Origin: an uncultured Blautia sp.
Lineage (GTDB): Bacteria; Bacillota; Clostridia; Lachnospirales; Lachnospiraceae
Direction: 5' to 3'
NCBI GenBank assembly: GCA_964609645.1
Contig: CAZSTD010000001.1
Coordinates: 12,091 to 55,959, forward strand
DNA length: 43,869 nucleotides
The notes beneath the pieces are model-generated. The model did not search any database. It was given only the letters and a program-made list of their open reading frames with translations, and was not told the origin of the DNA. Below, one piece after another: positions 40,462 through 43,869 of the stretch (positions within the stretch are counted from its first letter, which is position 1; every line of letters starts with the position of its first letter). The translations under genes were made by a program, and so were the position numbers.

Positions 40462-40491
40462 ATTATAGCATACGCAGGATTTGTTTGTCAC
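40462..40491 (-). promoter_or_regulatory. Putative lepA promoter (extended -10)
   Basis: Minus strand GTGACA-18 nt-TATAAT, with TGc just before the -10. Confidence 0.5.
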
Positions 40492-40663
40492 CTGTTTCTT
40501 GTTTTTTTCAGTTTTAAACGGTTGCGATAGCCTTGGATCGGAAATCAAAAAAATACGTATTTAAAATGTACACATTTTTCAAAAATCATGTTATGAAATT
40601 ATTGAATTTTATAGTTATTCTCAAAAAATAATTTGACATTTAATTATTTCCCAAAGAAGTTGG

Positions 40664-40692
40664 TTGTATATTCCCTATGAATCAAGTATACT
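40664..40692 (+). promoter_or_regulatory. Putative sigma-A promoter of the nucleotidase gene
   Basis: TTGTAT-17 nt-TATACT, followed by a GGAGG RBS before ATG 40725. Confidence 0.55.
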
Positions 40693-40724
40693 GGAAGTAA
40701 CTGAAAAAAGGAGGGGATTTTCAA

Positions 40725-42644
40725 ATGAAACGAAAAGTATTAACCGGCTTTCTGGGACTTTCTGTAGCAGTGACCGCATTTTCTGGATACGCTGCTATTC
40801 CAGAAGGCACAACAACAGAAGTTACAAAAATCACCGTAGGAGAACAGGAGGAAGCTGAGACAGAAGAAGCCGTTGCAACAGATGCCGAAGGTACCGCTTA
40901 CAATGTAACTGTTGCAGCAGACGGTGCTACCGGCACACTCGCAGATATGGGCGTGAGTGAGAACAATATTGTTCTTCTTTTTGAGAGCGATGTGCACGGC
41001 GGAATCAGCAACGAACAAGATTACTCCGGTTCTGCTGCCAGCCTCGGCTATGCCGGACTTGCTGCTGTAAAAGCAGACACAGCTTCCATTACAGATCAGG
41101 TAACCATGATCGATCTTGGCGATGCCATCCAGGGCTCTGTCGTTACCACAGAATCTGATGGACAGGATGCCATGAAACTCATGGAAGAAATCGGATATGA
41201 CATTTGCATTCCTGGAAATCATGAATTTGACTATGGTATGGATGTCTTTCTTGATTATGCAGCAAACGCATCTGCTGACTTCCTTTCCTGCAACTTTATC
41301 AATACAGAAACCGGCGAAGCTATTTTTGACGGATATAAGGTGATCCCTTACGAAGTCAATGGACAGGAATTCCAGATCGGTTATGTAGGAATCTGTACAC
41401 CGGAAACGATCGCCAAATCTACTCCGACCTATTTCCAAGACGAAGAAGGAAACTTCATCTATGGATTTAGTGCAGACACAAATGAGCAGCTCTATGAAAC
41501 TGTACAGAATGCTGTAGATGGAGCACTGGCAGATGGTGCGGATTGTATCGTAGCACTGGCACATCTTGGCGATTCCGGCGTTGAGGAAGCATGGTCTTCC
41601 CGCAGCGTAGTTGCAAATACAACCGGCATCGATGTGATCCTGGACGGACATGCCCACAATACGATCGCAGGCGAGATCATCAATGATAAAAACGGTGATG
41701 ATGTTCTTTTGGCAGCAACCGGAACTAAACTGGAAAATATCGGTGTTGTAAAATTTGCAGTAGACGAAAGCGGCGAAGTAGCTGTCTCCAGCGGTCTGAT
41801 CAATGAACTGGCAGAAGAACAGACTACATCCGAATCTTACACAGCATTAGATACTATGGTTCAGGAAATCCAGGAACAGTATGCTTATCTTTTCGTGAAA
41901 GTAGGAAGCATTGATTATGACCTTGTGATCTATGATCCAGAAGATCCAGAAATGCGTCTTGTTCGTACAACAGAAACAAACATGGGCGACTTCCTGACAG
42001 ATGCTTATCGTATCCAGGCTGGTGCTGATATCGGCTTCCTGAATGGCGGAAGTATCCGCGCGAACATTGAAGCCGGCGATATCACCTATATGGATCTGAT
42101 CACAGTTATGCCATGGAATTCCGAGACAGGTGTGATCGAAGTAACTGGACAGCAGATCTTAGATTGTCTGGAAATGGGTGCTCATCTGTATCCAGAAGAA
42201 TGCGGTGGCTTCATCCAGACATCCGGACTTACCTATTCCATTGATACCACAATAGAGTCTTCTGTAAACGTCAACAGCGATGGTGAATTCGTTTCTGTTG
42301 ATGGCGATTACCGTGTAAAAGATGTGATGGTAGGTGAAGAAGCGCTTGATCTTGAAAAAACTTACACACTTGCGATCAACCGCTACTATTCAGAAGAATG
42401 CGGTGACGGCATGACTATGTTCAAAGGTTCTAAAGTTATTTCTCCTGCAGAAGGCGAAGAATGGACTGTCGATCATGACGTGATCATTGATTATCTTGCA
42501 TCACTTGGCGACCATGTAGGTGAAGACTATGCTGATCCATATGGACAGGGACGTATCACCCTGATCACAGAGGAATCTGCGGAAAATGCTGAAGAAGAAT
42601 CTGTTGAAGAGAATACCGAAGAAGCTACTGAAGATGCCGCATAA
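40725..42644 (+). CDS. Secreted bifunctional metallophosphatase/5'-nucleotidase
   Basis: Signal peptide; SDVHG, DLGDAIQG, PGNHEFDYG, AHLG, DGHAH; C-terminal ETNMGD, NGGSIR. Confidence 0.9.
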   Translation: MKRKVLTGFLGLSVAVTAFSGYAAIPEGTTTEVTKITVGEQEEAETEEAVATDAEGTAYNVTVAADGATGTLADMGVSENNIVLLFESDVHGGISNEQDYSGSAASLGYAGLAAVKADTASITDQVTMIDLGDAIQGSVVTTESDGQDAMKLMEEIGYDICIPGNHEFDYGMDVFLDYAANASADFLSCNFINTETGEAIFDGYKVIPYEVNGQEFQIGYVGICTPETIAKSTPTYFQDEEGNFIYGFSADTNEQLYETVQNAVDGALADGADCIVALAHLGDSGVEEAWSSRSVVANTTGIDVILDGHAHNTIAGEIINDKNGDDVLLAATGTKLENIGVVKFAVDESGEVAVSSGLINELAEEQTTSESYTALDTMVQEIQEQYAYLFVKVGSIDYDLVIYDPEDPEMRLVRTTETNMGDFLTDAYRIQAGADIGFLNGGSIRANIEAGDITYMDLITVMPWNSETGVIEVTGQQILDCLEMGAHLYPEECGGFIQTSGLTYSIDTTIESSVNVNSDGEFVSVDGDYRVKDVMVGEEALDLEKTYTLAINRYYSEECGDGMTMFKGSKVISPAEGEEWTVDHDVIIDYLASLGDHVGEDYADPYGQGRITLITEESAENAEEESVEENTEEATEDAA

Positions 42645-42858
42645 TAGCTAAAAACCCACTATTTCAGCTAATGCTATATGCGCTGCATAGCAGAAATATT
42701 TGTCTCGTGTTTACTTAATAGTCATATTTCATCCGCACTATTTATATAGATTTTGCGTTACGATACGAAATTCACTGACATAGGTGCTATCGTGTATCAC
42801 GTTGTACTTAAAAACACGACACAAAATACAGCGAAAAATATATACAAAACAGATATTA

Positions 42859-42910
42859 AAAGGTACAGAAAAGTATTCTTGATATGATCTTGAATCTTCT
42901 CTGTACCTTT
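42859..42910. terminator. Hairpin, probable terminator between convergent genes
   Basis: aaaggtacagaaaag...cttctctgtaccttt inverted repeat immediately after the spoIIP stop. Confidence 0.6.
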
Positions 42911-42913
42911 CTT

Positions 42914-43869
42914 CTATTTCCCCTGCAAAACTTTATCTAAAACATCGGCAAAAGGTTCCATCGCATTTTTTACTTCTTGAACAGTATTTGTCTGCGCTCC
43001 CGCCTCCAAAAGAATGGAGCGCGGCCGGAAATGTAGATTATAACGATATCCTGCCAGATAAATCCCTCGGTAAAATTCGGGATAATCTTGAGCAGCCTGA
43101 TATTCCAATTGAAAAGAAAAAGCCAGATTATCTTCTAGATACGGATTTGGAAGATAATCTAAAGCTCCTGTGTTTACTGTATAACTCAGTCCATTATAAA
43201 AAAGGATCTGAGCCGTAGGTTTGCCATTAATCTCAGTTACCAAACGACGATTTTCAGGAACGCCATCCCTGTGCAAGTCGATCACTACCTGGATATCTGG
43301 ATTTTCCTGCAAAAAATCTTCCAAATATCCACGCGCATAATCGTATGCCGAACTTCGATCCAATTCTCCGCCAGCCAAGTCAAACTGTTCTTTCAGATGG
43401 ATCACCTGATATCCATATTGCTCTGTAAGGATCTTCGTGAGATATTCTCCCACTCCCACAATGGTATCCTCCTCAACTCCCTCCCGTGAATCTGCAAAAG
43501 TTTCCTGTGAATGGCTGTGATAGATCAATATCTGTGGAACTGCAGGATCTTTTGCGATCGTAAGGTCCTGTCCCAAAAATTTCCGAGCATCTATCTGCTC
43601 TGCATTCGTCGCAGTAGCTGAATCCACGATATAAAATTGGCTCAACACATGATCAAAATCTGCAAGCTCTGGATTTTTTTCTATTATATCTTTCCCTTTT
43701 ATACTAGATCTCTCTAAATTGGACGAATCTGTAAATTTTTCTGAATCTTGTGAATCCATAAATTCCTCTGAGCTTTGCGACTCAGATGTAAAATCCTGTT
43801 CTATTTCTGACTCTTCTGATGTTTTCTGCCCTACATCATTTTTTTGCTCTGTTATAATCTTCTCCTCTA
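42914..43869 (-). CDS. spoIIP: Stage II sporulation protein P (5' end outside window)
   Basis: PQILIYHSHSQE, VGVGEYL, VIDLHRDG, RYNLH, LLEAGAQTN. Frame stays open upstream of ATG 43759 to the window edge. Confidence 0.88.
   Translation of the reverse strand, partial: EEKIITEQKNDVGQKTSEESEIEQDFTSESQSSEEFMDSQDSEKFTDSSNLERSSIKGKDIIEKNPELADFDHVLSQFYIVDSATATNAEQIDARKFLGQDLTIAKDPAVPQILIYHSHSQETFADSREGVEEDTIVGVGEYLTKILTEQYGYQVIHLKEQFDLAGGELDRSSAYDYARGYLEDFLQENPDIQVVIDLHRDGVPENRRLVTEINGKPTAQILFYNGLSYTVNTGALDYLPNPYLEDNLAFSFQLEYQAAQDYPEFYRGIYLAGYRYNLHFRPRSILLEAGAQTNTVQEVKNAMEPFADVLDKVLQGK

Noticed and set aside
40633-40638. Perfect TTGACA hexamer
   Set aside because: No -10 at 16-18 nt spacing; a better promoter lies at 40664-40692.
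40740-41657. Long antisense ORFs (40740..41657, also 19257..19964, 35536..36153, 38449..39192)
   Set aside because: Shadows of well-supported genes on the opposite strand; no motifs.
1-43869. CRISPR arrays, tRNA/rRNA genes, prophage or integrase genes
   Set aside because: None seen by eye. The GH25 protein has a signal peptide and no holin or phage neighbours, so it is treated as a host autolysin.

Overview
43.9 kb of chromosome from a Gram-positive, spore-forming anaerobe (inferred Lachnospiraceae, Blautia-like). Almost all genes are on the minus strand. Bases 1-19,000 are a surface-glycan locus: a GT-C transferase, two tandem multidomain GT2s, a methyltransferase/kinase-like/coiled-coil protein, Wzm/Wzt, RmlC, a DD-carboxypeptidase, and a WecE + ArnC-like GT + ArnE/F-like pair + two ATP-grasp proteins (one fused to a D-cysteine desulfhydrase/ACC deaminase-like PLP domain). 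Bases 19,000-24,300 hold three secreted cell-wall-binding-repeat proteins (non-catalytic, GH25, L,D-transpeptidase). The rest is core genes: HPr, cdaR, cdaA, two membrane proteins, comF, recD2, an mreB-like gene, uvrA (with SOS box), hemW, a lipoprotein, lepA, a 5'-nucleotidase and partial spoIIP. Main finding: recD2 is split inside its Walker A motif by a 1,119-nt group II intron (30393-31511, minus strand). Domains I-VI are recognisable and EBS1 matches the exon, but the reverse transcriptase/maturase is missing and only an HNH remnant remains. Splicing restores GGPGTGKTTT and a 747-aa RecD2. Two further candidate systems are an Arn-like pathway that may decorate the glycan with an aminoacylated 4-amino sugar, and a WbdD-like chain-capping/export module. 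All calls are from manual motif reading; no searches were run.
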